Assembly (NCBI GenBank): GCA_963771045.1
Contig: CAVYRW010000004.1
Coordinates: forward strand, 1,088,001-1,152,000
Origin: Waddliaceae bacterium
GTDB lineage: Bacteria > Chlamydiota > Chlamydiia > Chlamydiales > SLFE01
DNA: 64,000 nt
Reading direction: 5' to 3'
Made by a program: the position numbers and the translations under genes. This document shows positions 20,313 to 31,069 of this stretch, in pieces (position 1 is the stretch's first letter; every line of letters begins with the position of its first letter). Below the pieces are notes generated by a model that was not told the origin of the DNA, ran no database searches, and worked only from the letters and a program-made list of their open reading frames with translations.

Positions 20313-21551
20313 CAGGGAAATTGCATGAAGAAATGATTTGACATGTCAAGCCAGATTTTGAAGACTTTACCTTCTTAAAATGGAGGTATATAATGTCATC
20401 TCAAAATCTTATAAGTGAGACATCAATCATGATTAGCTTTTCCGTCCTGCCTGATCCTAGGGAATCGAGAAATCAAAAATATCCGTTATTCGATATTTTA
20501 ACTATAGCCATACTCGGGGTTCTTTGTGGTGCCGATGACTGGGTTGATGTCGCCTTATGGGGCGAATCTAACCAAGACTGGCTTAAACAGTACGGCATTG
20601 GAGAAAATGGTACTCCTTCACATGATACTTTTAGTCGTTTTTTCCGCTATGTAGACCCTGTTGCATTCGAAAAATGTTTCCTCTCTTGGACCCAGAAAAT
20701 TTCTAAAGCCGTTGAAGGTGTCATAGCTTTGGATGGAAAGACTATTTGCAATTCTAAAAGTTGCGGTACACAAGCTATTCATTTGGTAAGCGCATTCTCA
20801 GCCGAGAATGATCTTGTATTAGGGCAATTGGCCACTGAGGCCAAATCAAATGAGATAACAGCATTTCCATTATTGATTGAGATGTTGGATTTAAAAAAAG
20901 CTACTGTGACAATAGATGCAGCTGGCTGCCAAAAAACAATCGCATCTCTAATCCGCGAAAAAGGAGGCGATTACGTATTCGGACTTAAGAGGAATCAGGA
21001 AAATTTATACGCTGAAGCGGAACATTTTTTTAATCAAGCGCTTAACCTTAAGCCGGAAGAAGCTGAATGTGAATACTATATAACGGAGGAAAAATCAAGA
21101 AATCGTTTTGAGAAAAGAGAGGTGTGGGTAACATCGAATCTTGATTGGTTGCCGCAAGTGGAAGAATGGAAAGGTTTATCATCTCTGGCTTGTGTAAGGA
21201 GCACAAGGATTGTAAAAGAGAAAGAGACAGTAGAGCTAAGGTATTATATATCAAGTATAAAGGGCGATGCGGAAAGAATAGGAAAAGCCATAAGGAGTCA
21301 TTGGTCGATTGAAAACAAACTTCATTGGCAGCTTGATGTTTCTTATGGAGAAGATGGAAGCAAAGTTCGAAAAGATAATGGTGCGGAAAATTTTTCGATA
21401 ATTCGACGATCAACTTTGAATTTACTTAAAGCAGACAAGAAAACAAAAGCAGGTATCAAAAATAAGCGATCAAAAGCAGGTTGGAATAAGCAGTATATGA
21501 TAAATATTTTGACGGGAAAGTGTTAAATAATTTCTTCATGCAATTTCCCTG
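20313..21551 (+). mobile_element. ISAs1-family element
   Basis: 22-bp TIR CAGGGAAATTGCATGAAGAAAT. Duplicated palindromic target GGGGGTACCCCC (10-12 bp; homopolymer ambiguity). Confidence 0.92.
20393..21526 (+). CDS. ISAs1 transposase
   Basis: LPDPR, PSHDTF, ALDGK, KSNEITA, TIDAAGCQK, RSHWSIENKLHWQLDV. Confidence 0.95.
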   Translation: MSSQNLISETSIMISFSVLPDPRESRNQKYPLFDILTIAILGVLCGADDWVDVALWGESNQDWLKQYGIGENGTPSHDTFSRFFRYVDPVAFEKCFLSWTQKISKAVEGVIALDGKTICNSKSCGTQAIHLVSAFSAENDLVLGQLATEAKSNEITAFPLLIEMLDLKKATVTIDAAGCQKTIASLIREKGGDYVFGLKRNQENLYAEAEHFFNQALNLKPEEAECEYYITEEKSRNRFEKREVWVTSNLDWLPQVEEWKGLSSLACVRSTRIVKEKETVELRYYISSIKGDAERIGKAIRSHWSIENKLHWQLDVSYGEDGSKVRKDNGAENFSIIRRSTLNLLKADKKTKAGIKNKRSKAGWNKQYMINILTGKC

Positions 21552-21622
21552 GGGGGTACCCCCGTGAACAGATACAAAAAATACTAATATTACTCAAAGC
21601 TTTATCTTCATCTTCTTTATTT

Positions 21623-21720
21623 ATAGGGCCGGGCCGTGCATTTTGCATAACTATGTGCTATGTTAAAGCGATGAACTTGTGGGAAGATAATAGGGAAAGT
21701 TATGTACACGGCCCGGCCTC
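21623..21720. repeat. Short inverted-repeat element. The same motif recurs at 21817-21835 and 27463-27492.
   Basis: ATAGGGCCGGGCCGTGCATTTTGCATAACT ... AGTTATGTACACGGCCCGGCCTC. Confidence 0.65.
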
Positions 21721-21850
21721 TTTTCTCAATTATTTATTAAAACTCTTCTAATTTTTTTTTTAATATTCATTGAATTCATCAAACCATGTGCCTTTTGGAC
21801 CACTAGGGTGGGGAAAATTATGCGCAATGCACGGTAAATATAATTGATTT

Positions 21851-22516
21851 TCACTTTTGATACTCCGTTTCCTGAAAGAAATTCCCCATATTTGGATCGA
21901 GCTTGTCATCGTTTTTCCAAACTATATATGATTCCTGATCGTAGGCACTCCCAATTATGTATATGGCATCTCGTGAAATCTGTTCAAAATCATTCAATTG
22001 AAGACTTTCATTTTTAAGTTTTTCTCCTTCGCACAAAACAATGAGTAAATGGTAATTTGCATTAGCTACTAGGATAGTTTCATTTATTTCTTCTGTTGAC
22101 AATTTTTTTTGAAGAAAGTAGTAAACTTCTTTATCATAAAGAAAGTATTCGACAGGTGACTCTTTGACTACTTTATCATTCGGGCCATAACACACTTCCT
22201 CTGCCAAACCATAACGGTGGTTATTTTGTTCCAAAAATTTTTTTATAAATTTTGTCATTGAGTCATCAGTTGAAGGTATTAATTGCCAATATCCTTTATT
22301 GCTTGGAGTCCTCATCATAGGAGGTTGTGGAAGGATTCCTCCAGAATCGAGATTTTCAAGATAATCAATCTGAGAATCTTCTGGGAGAATTGTAAAAAAG
22401 TGTCCCTTTTTAAAATCAATTTTTTCTATAAGAAATCTTGATAATGAATTTCCCCATTCTATATGATCTTTAAAATATGGCCATGCCGTTTCGTAATTTA
22501 ATTTCCATTTTTTCAT
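21851..22516 (-). CDS. Candidate cognate immunity protein for the Rhs toxin
   Basis: ATG 4 nt after the Rhs stop. AT-rich, 221 aa. Function inferred from position only. Confidence 0.65.
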   Translation of the reverse strand: MKKWKLNYETAWPYFKDHIEWGNSLSRFLIEKIDFKKGHFFTILPEDSQIDYLENLDSGGILPQPPMMRTPSNKGYWQLIPSTDDSMTKFIKKFLEQNNHRYGLAEEVCYGPNDKVVKESPVEYFLYDKEVYYFLQKKLSTEEINETILVANANYHLLIVLCEGEKLKNESLQLNDFEQISRDAIYIIGSAYDQESYIVWKNDDKLDPNMGNFFQETEYQK

Positions 22517-22520
22517 GAAT

Positions 22521-25500
22521 TTACTTTCCTTTTTTCTTATTTTTACCTTTATTTTTTGGCTCACATCTTCCATCCGGATACAAGCGATAGCCTTTATGCT
22601 TTTTTTCTGGTTTATAATCCCAATGGGGACCTATTGGGGGTTTATGATCAAAATCGGGATTCAACTTTTCATCTCCTTTCACCCAGTTTCCTTTACCACT
22701 AGAAGGAGAACCCCTACCTTTCCATTCAAATCCATAATCAGCGGGTCCCTCGGGATTCCAACCAAAATGATCCCATTCATAAGGCACACCATCTCGAAAA
22801 CTTTGATTCATCCAATTTTCAATGTAGGGAACGGATTCATAGAATAGATATGTCACCGTAGCAGCTAGGACGGCTGAAGCGACTGTTTCGATGGCCGCTG
22901 CTCCAAAAATAAGCTCTAAGGCAATTGGAACAACTATAACAAAAGCGCCGTCGGGATCGGTGTATTTGAAGGGATTATTGAAGAGGTATTGGTAGAGGTT
23001 CGTTGAATCTTTGATTCCTGCAGGATCTGTTGTCATCCAACGAGCTAGGGCAGGATTGTAATATCTCTTCCCGAAATTGATGAGGCCTGTTTCAAAGTCA
23101 CACCTTTTTCCGGCATAGCGGTAAGGATTGGACCGAGTTTCTGAAGAGAGGGTTTCTCCAAAAGCAGAATAAGTGTAAGAGTGCGTTATTTTTTCGGCGG
23201 CAACATCAACAAGCTTTTTGACGTTTCCGAGGCAATCTAAAATGGGAGCAAAGGCTCTTCCCGAGAGCTCAATGGCAACAGGTTGGGAAGGCAGGCCAAA
23301 AACTCTTAAATCCTTTAGCTCCCCTTCATAGCAGGCAAGCTCTTGATCGTCATCGTAGAGATAATGCTCTTTTCTTTTTTCCGGAGAGCAGCAAGCGGTT
23401 GTTTTCGAGACCCTTCTGCCCAGGGGGTCATAGGAATAAGTGATTTTGAAGGCGTTATTTTGCGCTTCGACAAGACGATTCAAAGGGTCGTACTTAAAAG
23501 AAAATTGTCCATCCGAGGTGAGATTGCCTCTTCGGTCATAAGACTTGGAGACAAGTTCGTTTAAATCATTATAAGCAAAATACTCATCGTCTTTTTGAAG
23601 ACGGTTAAAGAGGGTATCAAAACAGTATGTATGGTCATTTTCGGATGTGAGCTGAGAAAGGGCGTCATAATCATAAAAGTTTTCCCTGTCATTTAGAGTT
23701 GATTTTATGAGATTGCCAAGTTCATTAAAGACGCAATTTTGCGAGATAAAAGGAGATGATACCGACAGTTTTCTTCCCATCTCATCATAGCTCGTGTAGA
23801 TCGTTCCCAAACCGCCGATCATAGACTCTTCTAGAAGATTTCCCGAAAGATCATACGAGTTAAAAGTATGTTCGTAGAGCAAATCATGATCGGTGTTATA
23901 CCTGGCCACGCGGCGAGGGTAAAGAGCGTCGTAGCTATATTCAATAACTCCTTCCGGAAAACGGATGAAAAGGGGACGATCCAGATGATCGTATTCTTTT
24001 TCTAAAACGAGCCCCTGAGCGCTTGTTTCTTTGAGAATATTGCCAAAGGGATCATATTCGCGAGTTATTGATAAAGACTGATTCACATCAGCCGCTTCTA
24101 AAACATCTCCTTTTTTGTTATAGCAGTAGCATAGATTAAGGGAACCATCAGATGAGCTCAGAGTTTCCATGAAACCCAAAGGGTTGTAGCCAAAGTAAAG
24201 TTTTATTCCATCGGGAAGAGTTTTTTCGGCTATTTTTCCCATAGGCGTATAAGCATATTCTACCCGCCTCTTACCAGATGCGGTCTCTGACTTAAGCCGG
24301 TTCATGCAGTCATAAGAGAAGGTAATTGTTTGGCTTCCATCGTTTAGAGAGACTAAATTTCCACATGCGTCGTAGGTTCTTTGACGGCTAAAAAGGGTTT
24401 CTCCCTTTTGATCGCAAGCCTCCTCTTTAACAATTCGGTCAAAGGAATCGTACATTGTCTGTTTTGAGAGTCCTTTTGGATCGATGGACACTGTTTTTAA
24501 GACGTAATGGCCCGAGGCTGTTTTCCATCTATCGTCATAGGCAGTGCTCGTATGGTTTCCTAGAGCATCTGTATGCATTGTTACGCGGTTAAAGGCATCG
24601 TAGGTAAAGGTCTCTTTTGCTTGGTTTTTAATAAGAGCGGATCGATTGTCATCGGTATCATATTCGTAGCCTATTTCAAATAAGATTTCTCCATCTGCAT
24701 CTGTTTTTGTTTCTTTTATGGTGCGGTCTAAAAGATCGTATTCATAGTGTTGAAAAAGCGGGCCTTTTTTCAAAGTTGCCAGTCTGCCAAGAGAGTCATA
24801 AATATACTCAAGGGTTCTTCCTTCCTTGACCTCCTTGATCTTTCTTCCGGCTCCATCGTAAGAATAATGGGTTGTGCAGCCATCTTTATCGGTTTCTTGT
24901 ATGAGATGAAAGGCGTTGTAGATAAAGGACTCTGAGGCAAGCTCTTCCCCTGAAGAAGAATAAATGGTCTTGGTAAGCACCCTTCCCAAAACATCTCGTT
25001 CGTAGACTATTTCTGTCCCTTCTTGATTCACATGTCTTGTGAGATGTCCCTGTTTTGAATAAGTGAAAGATTCCCGAGTCCCGTCGGGATAAATGATCTC
25101 TAAAGGAGACCCATACAGATTCGAACGAGTCCTTGTAGTATTTCCGTTAGGATCGGTTTTTGCGATCTCTCTTCCCAAGGCGTCGTATTCAATGGCAACT
25201 TGGACTTTTCGTTCCTGAGTTGAAGGGTATTCGACTAAAGCGGGTTTCAAAACGACGGGATCATTTTTGATGAGGGTAGCGTTTTGTTCATTGATGATTT
25301 TTTTGACAATAAGATCATTCAGATCATATTCATACTGAAAAGATTTGTATCCCCCTTCAGAGCCATAGTGCTTTTCAGTGATTAAGCGGCTTCTTAAATC
25401 ATAGGTGAACTCTTTTTTAAGTCTTCCGGAAAAAGATACCGAAGAGGTCAAGAGGCTGCCGTCATTATAAGTGTAGAGGGCCTTTTGACCTAGAGGATTG

Positions 25501-27293
25501 GTCTCGGATAACAGATTTCCTCTTTGATCATACTCTTTAAAGAGAGAATAGGCAAAGTTTCCGGCAGCATCATAAATATCTTCTTGGGAAACATTTCCAT
25601 ATTGGTCATAGCTTAAATGAGTTTTCTTAAGAGGCTTTTCTTCACCTCCCTCGCAATAACATTCTTGAATCCACTCGGGCATGTGAAGAAATGGGGTCTC
25701 TTGACGCAGAATATAGCGAGTGATTCTTCTTTGAGCCGTTCCCGAATCGCCGTCATCAACAATTTTTTGTATCAAATTCAGACTGTCGTCATATTCCCAA
25801 AACTCTCTTTGAAAAATTATTTCGCCATCGAGAGACATTTTTGATAGAGGGAGATTTGTTCCGGAAACATATTCAAAGACAACAGCTTTACCCTCCTCTT
25901 CTTCTTCTCGTAAAAGGAGGTTTCTTCCATCTTGAGAAAACTCTCGCCTTATAGAAAAAGTGATTGTCTCTCCGGTTATAGTTTCCAGAGTGGGATTGCC
26001 GAAGGCATCGTATTCATAATGTTTCTGACATAAGAGCTTATCGCCTTCAAAAAATTGCAAAGAAGAGAGCCTTTGATTTGAATCCCACTCAAACACTTTG
26101 ATTTTTTTGAGCGTCCCTTCGGGGGAAATTGTTTTGACGGATTGAAGGAGGAGGTTGTCGGTATATTCATAGACAGTTTTTGTTCCACTAGCGTGTTTAA
26201 ACGTTGTCTGTCCTCCCTTTTTTCGCGGCAGGTAGCTTATTTCTCCAATCATTCCCGAAGGAAAAGCAATATGGCTAGTTCTGTAGTGGGGGGCATTATC
26301 AGGAGATTCCACAGCTTCATATGAACAATGAAAAAATCCCTTCGGCGTTTTATATTCTGTGAGTGAAATGATGTCGGAATAAGAAATTGTCTCTTTGCCG
26401 GAGAGTGGGCTTTCCACAGATGTTAAAAGCCGAGGAGAGTTTATTGAATATTCAAACTTAGCTCCACCGTCTTTTCCCTTTCCTTCGGCTACTTGGTATC
26501 CATATTTGTATGTGGCTTTAGTAAAATTAGAACCAATAAATTCTTGTTCATTTAAATACGGAAACCCATGGACTTCTAAAGAAGAATAGATCGTACTTTC
26601 ATTGGAGTCCATGCTTTCAATTGATGTCAGGGCTTTGTGGTCATAGTGATACTTAAGGACTTTTCCATGGGGGAGAATTTCTTTTTCGAGTAAAAACGTC
26701 AATCCATTTTTATGTTCATAAACCCTGATTGTTCCATCGGGAAAATCAACTCGAAATTTATGATTCTCTGTTCTAATGCGGATATTGCGGACATCGTGCT
26801 TTCCGCTCGGCATTCCGCCAACAAAATTGCTGATTCCATAAAAACAACCGGCAAGTTTGTAACCTTCTTCTGTTTTCTCAAATTCCCATACTGCGCCATT
26901 CTGGTCGACGAGCTGAAGGATATTATTTGGCAAAACGACAAGTTTCAGATGAGGCAAACAGACAAAACCACGATAATGACCCAAAAGATTTGAATATCGA
27001 TAGAATTTATCGAGACCGGGATTGGAATGACAGGATAAGGGAAGAAAAGGAGCTATATATGTTCTATCCAGCCGGATATCCTGAGCCCCTTTGACGATCA
27101 GATCTGTTTTCTTAAGGCAAACCTGACCGCTTAGAGGGTTGATCCCCCCCCCAATTAACCAATCTTCATCGATATTCAAGTCGGAGACTTCATAGGAACT
27201 AGAAGGGATCAAGTTTTCCATTTTGTCTTCAGCAAATAAGGAAAAGTAAAATCCGAGCAGTAAAACGAAAATTGCTCTCACAACTCCCTCCAA
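22521..27293 (-). CDS. Rhs/YD-repeat polymorphic toxin with Ntox37-like C-terminal domain
   Basis: Signal-like N-terminus, many YDxxG repeats, core end RYYNPALARWMTTDP...NPFKYTDPDG. Tip FEWKGRGSPSSGKGNW...PDFDHKPPIGPHWDY...YRLYPDG. Confidence 0.9.
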   Translation of the reverse strand: MEGVVRAIFVLLLGFYFSLFAEDKMENLIPSSSYEVSDLNIDEDWLIGGGINPLSGQVCLKKTDLIVKGAQDIRLDRTYIAPFLPLSCHSNPGLDKFYRYSNLLGHYRGFVCLPHLKLVVLPNNILQLVDQNGAVWEFEKTEEGYKLAGCFYGISNFVGGMPSGKHDVRNIRIRTENHKFRVDFPDGTIRVYEHKNGLTFLLEKEILPHGKVLKYHYDHKALTSIESMDSNESTIYSSLEVHGFPYLNEQEFIGSNFTKATYKYGYQVAEGKGKDGGAKFEYSINSPRLLTSVESPLSGKETISYSDIISLTEYKTPKGFFHCSYEAVESPDNAPHYRTSHIAFPSGMIGEISYLPRKKGGQTTFKHASGTKTVYEYTDNLLLQSVKTISPEGTLKKIKVFEWDSNQRLSSLQFFEGDKLLCQKHYEYDAFGNPTLETITGETITFSIRREFSQDGRNLLLREEEEEGKAVVFEYVSGTNLPLSKMSLDGEIIFQREFWEYDDSLNLIQKIVDDGDSGTAQRRITRYILRQETPFLHMPEWIQECYCEGGEEKPLKKTHLSYDQYGNVSQEDIYDAAGNFAYSLFKEYDQRGNLLSETNPLGQKALYTYNDGSLLTSSVSFSGRLKKEFTYDLRSRLITEKHYGSEGGYKSFQYEYDLNDLIVKKIINEQNATLIKNDPVVLKPALVEYPSTQERKVQVAIEYDALGREIAKTDPNGNTTRTRSNLYGSPLEIIYPDGTRESFTYSKQGHLTRHVNQEGTEIVYERDVLGRVLTKTIYSSSGEELASESFIYNAFHLIQETDKDGCTTHYSYDGAGRKIKEVKEGRTLEYIYDSLGRLATLKKGPLFQHYEYDLLDRTIKETKTDADGEILFEIGYEYDTDDNRSALIKNQAKETFTYDAFNRVTMHTDALGNHTSTAYDDRWKTASGHYVLKTVSIDPKGLSKQTMYDSFDRIVKEEACDQKGETLFSRQRTYDACGNLVSLNDGSQTITFSYDCMNRLKSETASGKRRVEYAYTPMGKIAEKTLPDGIKLYFGYNPLGFMETLSSSDGSLNLCYCYNKKGDVLEAADVNQSLSITREYDPFGNILKETSAQGLVLEKEYDHLDRPLFIRFPEGVIEYSYDALYPRRVARYNTDHDLLYEHTFNSYDLSGNLLEESMIGGLGTIYTSYDEMGRKLSVSSPFISQNCVFNELGNLIKSTLNDRENFYDYDALSQLTSENDHTYCFDTLFNRLQKDDEYFAYNDLNELVSKSYDRRGNLTSDGQFSFKYDPLNRLVEAQNNAFKITYSYDPLGRRVSKTTACCSPEKRKEHYLYDDDQELACYEGELKDLRVFGLPSQPVAIELSGRAFAPILDCLGNVKKLVDVAAEKITHSYTYSAFGETLSSETRSNPYRYAGKRCDFETGLINFGKRYYNPALARWMTTDPAGIKDSTNLYQYLFNNPFKYTDPDGAFVIVVPIALELIFGAAAIETVASAVLAATVTYLFYESVPYIENWMNQSFRDGVPYEWDHFGWNPEGPADYGFEWKGRGSPSSGKGNWVKGDEKLNPDFDHKPPIGPHWDYKPEKKHKGYRLYPDGRCEPKNKGKNKKKGK

Positions 27294-27867
27294 AAAAAAT
27301 ATTTTAATCGAGATTTTATTATATGAAAAAGATTTAAAGCAAGATTATTTTAACGTCTACTCCTCGCAAAGAGCGAGGGGTTTTGCCACGGTACTTGTAC
27401 ATAATGTCGCGGTAGCAAGCGGCATCTTCAAAACGATGACCTTCTCGGAAGGTAATAGAAAAAGTTATGCACAATGCACAGCACGACCCTATCACTATCA
27501 CCGACCCTATCATGATATCGATTTGTCAATGACAAAAAACCAGATATTGTAAATAAACAAAGAATTTCGCGATAACCCCTTTGCGGCCCCTTCACAATCA
27601 AATCGAGAAATTAATAGTGAAAAAGAATGAAGATGAGTTAAAATGGATTTCGGTGTAGTAAATATAATATGATTTTCGGTTTACTCTATTATTTTCTTAA
27701 AAAAACTTTTAACATGCAAGATGCTGCAAAAAATGGCCTTGTTGCGTAAGTTCTAATTAGAGGAGATTCTTAGCCCTCTTTTCGTCCAATTCCTTTTTTC
27801 TTAGGCCATATATCCTACTGGCATCCCGGTTGCAGTCATCATATTCAAAATAAATCCTTTTAATTGG

Positions 27868-27937
27868 AGCTCATTGCTCTGGGCATTTTCTGAACGGCTA
27901 AACAATGTATCCCCAAAAATGCCCAGAGCAATGAGCT
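27868..27937. repeat. 70-bp element with a perfect 22-bp inverted repeat
   Basis: AGCTCATTGCTCTGGGCATTTT at 27868-27889 and AAAATGCCCAGAGCAATGAGCT at 27916-27937. Confidence 0.85.
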
Positions 27938-28569
27938 GTATTGGGATAATCGTGATTTGCTCACCATGTCAGTCGATGTAGTCCTGTACGATCTTACAAC
28001 TCTACGTTTTGAAAGCACTAGAGAAGACTTAGGACAACTTCGCCGTTTTGGATATTCCAAAGAGATGCGTAGCGACTGTACCCAGGTTATACTGGGTCTG
28101 CTAGTTGATACTGACGGTATTCCTCTTGGTTTCGAAGTTTATCCCGGTAACACCTTTGAGGGGGCTACTCTGGTTGATATTGTCCAGAGGATGCGCGCCA
28201 AATTCAAAGTGCGAAGATTTATTTTTGTAGCTGATCGAGGACTTTTCTCTGCAAAAAATCTGGAGCATATCCGAACTCAGTGCGGGCACGAAGCGGTTGG
28301 AGAGTTCATCGTGGGCATAAAGCTTGGACAGATCAAACAGCGACATGATGAATTTTACGATCGTGGCCGCTTTACTAAAGTAAACGATGATCTGGAATTG
28401 TATGAAACAAAACTTGGTGAAGATCGTTGTATCATTACTTGGTCTCGTCAACGAGCTGAACGCGACAGAAAAACCCGAGAAGATATTCTGACAAAGCTTA
28501 CAAAGAAAATCGCCAAAAAAAAGAAACCCACTCCCAAGGATTTTGTAACAAACAAAAACTACACCAAGT
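27938..28569 (+). pseudogene. IS1634-family transposase, central fragment (5'-truncated, cut by IS4)
   Basis: VLYDLTTLRFES, FGYSKEMRSDCTQV, YPGNTFE, VADRG. Confidence 0.85.
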
Positions 28570-29471
28570 CACTAGTGTCCGGAATTTAAATCAAATAGTG
28601 TTAATTGGTTAGAACCCTGTAACTCTCTTGATTTTTTTACGGAATACGTAAGCGCCTCACTTAGAGCTGTTTTCTCAAAGACAGTGAGACTCAAAATTTG
28701 TAGAATTTTGTAGAGGCTGGCCTCAATTTTCAACTCCTTTTTAATAATGGCAACAAGCACATAAACGGAGATAGCTATCCAAATCTGACTCTTTACTGCA
28801 TTCTCTGAAGTACCGAAGAACGCTTTGATACGCAAATGTTGTTTGATCCATTTGAAAAATAATTCAACTTGCCACCGGCATCGATAAAGTTCAGCGACTG
28901 TTAGGGCAGGAAGAGTAAGGTTATTTGTCAAAAACACAAAGGTCTTCTCGGTATCGGTGTCGTAGTACTTGATACGGCGCAATTTTTCAGGATAGTGTTG
29001 GGCTGATTGGGCACCAGTTAGCACAACTGTTTGGTCACACCGAAGACCCGTATTATTGTCTACTGCGGCAGAGTACAGACGCCGGAACTTGAGGTTAGAT
29101 TTCGCCCGGATAACAAAAAAGGAGCTTGCTAAATTGAGTTCGTAAAGCCGAGAGAAATCCAGGTATCCGCGATCCATTATATAAAAAGCGCCCGGCTCAG
29201 GAATTAACAAATCAAGTGCATTTACGTCATGAAGTTTGCCGTCAGATATATGGATGAAGCTCGGGATATTGCCACGCAGATCCAATAAAGTATGCAATTT
29301 CACTGCAGCCTTAGTTTGACGAAAATGTGCCCAGGGAAAGACGGATAGACACAGATCAATAGTTGATGCATCTAGTGCGTACACAGTGCTATTGAGTTCA
29401 ACCCCAAAATCCTCGTTTACATACAATCCGCGAGCTTTGCTAATCAACGATTGAGCAAAGTTTGGTAAGCG

Positions 29472-31049
29472 TCATTTAAGCCCATCTGGAAAAATTATTC
29501 CAGATTCTTTAGAGATCGAGAGCCCCTTTGCCTTAGCCCAGCGATCGGGGAGAAGTTCGTACAGCTTGTTTGCGGGGTGATCCATTAAACTGCGCATGAC
29601 ATCTTCAAGATATTCGTGGGGATTAATGCCAAGTTCACGGCATGTTTGAATAAGGGAGTATATGATTCCTGCTGCTTCCCCTCCATTAGCGCTTCCAAAA
29701 AAGAGCCAGTTTTTACGACCGATTGCTAAGGGACGTATTGCTCGTTCGGCAACATTGTTATCAAGATGGGCAAAAGGATTTTTAATATAGTTTTTAAGAT
29801 GAGGAATAAGGCCGCAAAAATACTTCAACGCTGCCATTAGTTTTGATTTTGGGAGAATTTTATGGTCTTGAAGCTTTTTTTTCGCCTGTTTGATCATTTC
29901 GCTGATGATCGGCTCCTCATCTTCCCGCCGTATTTTTAATCGTTCTTCGGGGGATTTTCCCCAAGCGATTTTTTCATACTTGTAAAGCTCCTGAATTTGG
30001 GCTAAAAACCAATCTTTAAACTCTTTATCGCCGCTTTGGATATCGAAAAATTTACGACGAATGTGCGCCATGCAGGGGCACCAGGTATACTGCTTCATAT
30101 TTGCCAGCGTTTCATAAGCTCCATATTTATCGGAATGAAGAGTCCCCTTGAAACCTTTTAAAAGTTCTTTCGCGTTGCAATGCTTGCGGTTTTCGAAAAA
30201 TTGATAAATCCGATAAGGCGGATCTTTTGTTTTTCCTCCAGCGAGCGCCCATACATAAGACTCTTTAGTTTTTCCTCTTCCGGGAGCCAGCATCTTGACA
30301 GGAGTTTCATCCGCAAAAGCATTTTCACTTTCAAGAATTTTTGTTTTCATTAATGTATACAAGGGTTTTAAGGCGAGACCCGCTTTTACAACCCATGTGC
30401 AAAGGTTTTGCCGGCTTATCCTAACATCTTCCCTTGCACGCATTTCACTTTGACGGTATAGAGGCAAGTGGTCGGCGTATTTCTTAACCATAATGTCTGC
30501 AAGCAGGCTTTCATCCGCAAAACAACGATCTAATAATGAACCCGGAAGCGGCGCTATTGAAACTCCATGCTCAGGACGATCCGGAGAAACGTACTTGGGA
30601 CGAACATACTTTTTAAGGTAATAGCTGGTGGGCTTGCAAGCAAGCTTATAGGTTACCTCTTCCCCCATTTTTACGAGAGGTTTTCCTGTTTCAGGGCATA
30701 CTTTCTCCTCTTCGGGAATGTCGACAGGAATAACTTCCGTTGGGATATCTTCGGGTAGAGTGATTTTGTCTTTTCCGTTTCTTTTCAGCTTTCGTCTTGT
30801 ATGGGAAGAAACCGTTTTTTTCTCTTCTTTTTCTTCTCCTTGAAGATTACCGAAGCCATCGAATTCCAGTTGATTTTCATTCTGGGGGATGATCTTTTCA
30901 GAGCGTTTGTCAAATATCTGGCGCTTGAACCATTCCAGTTGTTCTTTGAAGTAATTGATCTCATTTTTGAGTTCTGAATTTTCTTTCTGAAGCTGTTCTA
31001 TAGAAGGGTTTTGTATCGCTTTTATAGTCCATATTTTACCAAAAAACAC
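29472..31049 (-). CDS. tnpC: IS66 transposase TnpC
   Basis: KYADHLPLYRQ, ADETPV, CMAHIRRKF, DNNVAERAIR...GRKNWLF. Confidence 0.95.
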   Translation of the reverse strand: MFFGKIWTIKAIQNPSIEQLQKENSELKNEINYFKEQLEWFKRQIFDKRSEKIIPQNENQLEFDGFGNLQGEEKEEKKTVSSHTRRKLKRNGKDKITLPEDIPTEVIPVDIPEEEKVCPETGKPLVKMGEEVTYKLACKPTSYYLKKYVRPKYVSPDRPEHGVSIAPLPGSLLDRCFADESLLADIMVKKYADHLPLYRQSEMRAREDVRISRQNLCTWVVKAGLALKPLYTLMKTKILESENAFADETPVKMLAPGRGKTKESYVWALAGGKTKDPPYRIYQFFENRKHCNAKELLKGFKGTLHSDKYGAYETLANMKQYTWCPCMAHIRRKFFDIQSGDKEFKDWFLAQIQELYKYEKIAWGKSPEERLKIRREDEEPIISEMIKQAKKKLQDHKILPKSKLMAALKYFCGLIPHLKNYIKNPFAHLDNNVAERAIRPLAIGRKNWLFFGSANGGEAAGIIYSLIQTCRELGINPHEYLEDVMRSLMDHPANKLYELLPDRWAKAKGLSISKESGIIFPDGLK

Positions 31050-31069
31050 TCTCTAAAAAAAGGAAATAT

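Larger units (their letters stand above)
18691..21575 (+). mobile_element. IS66-family element (single-ORF, ISBst12-like) with an ISAs1 insertion near its right end
   Basis: GTA...TAC termini with about 18-bp inverted repeats. Confidence 0.9.
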
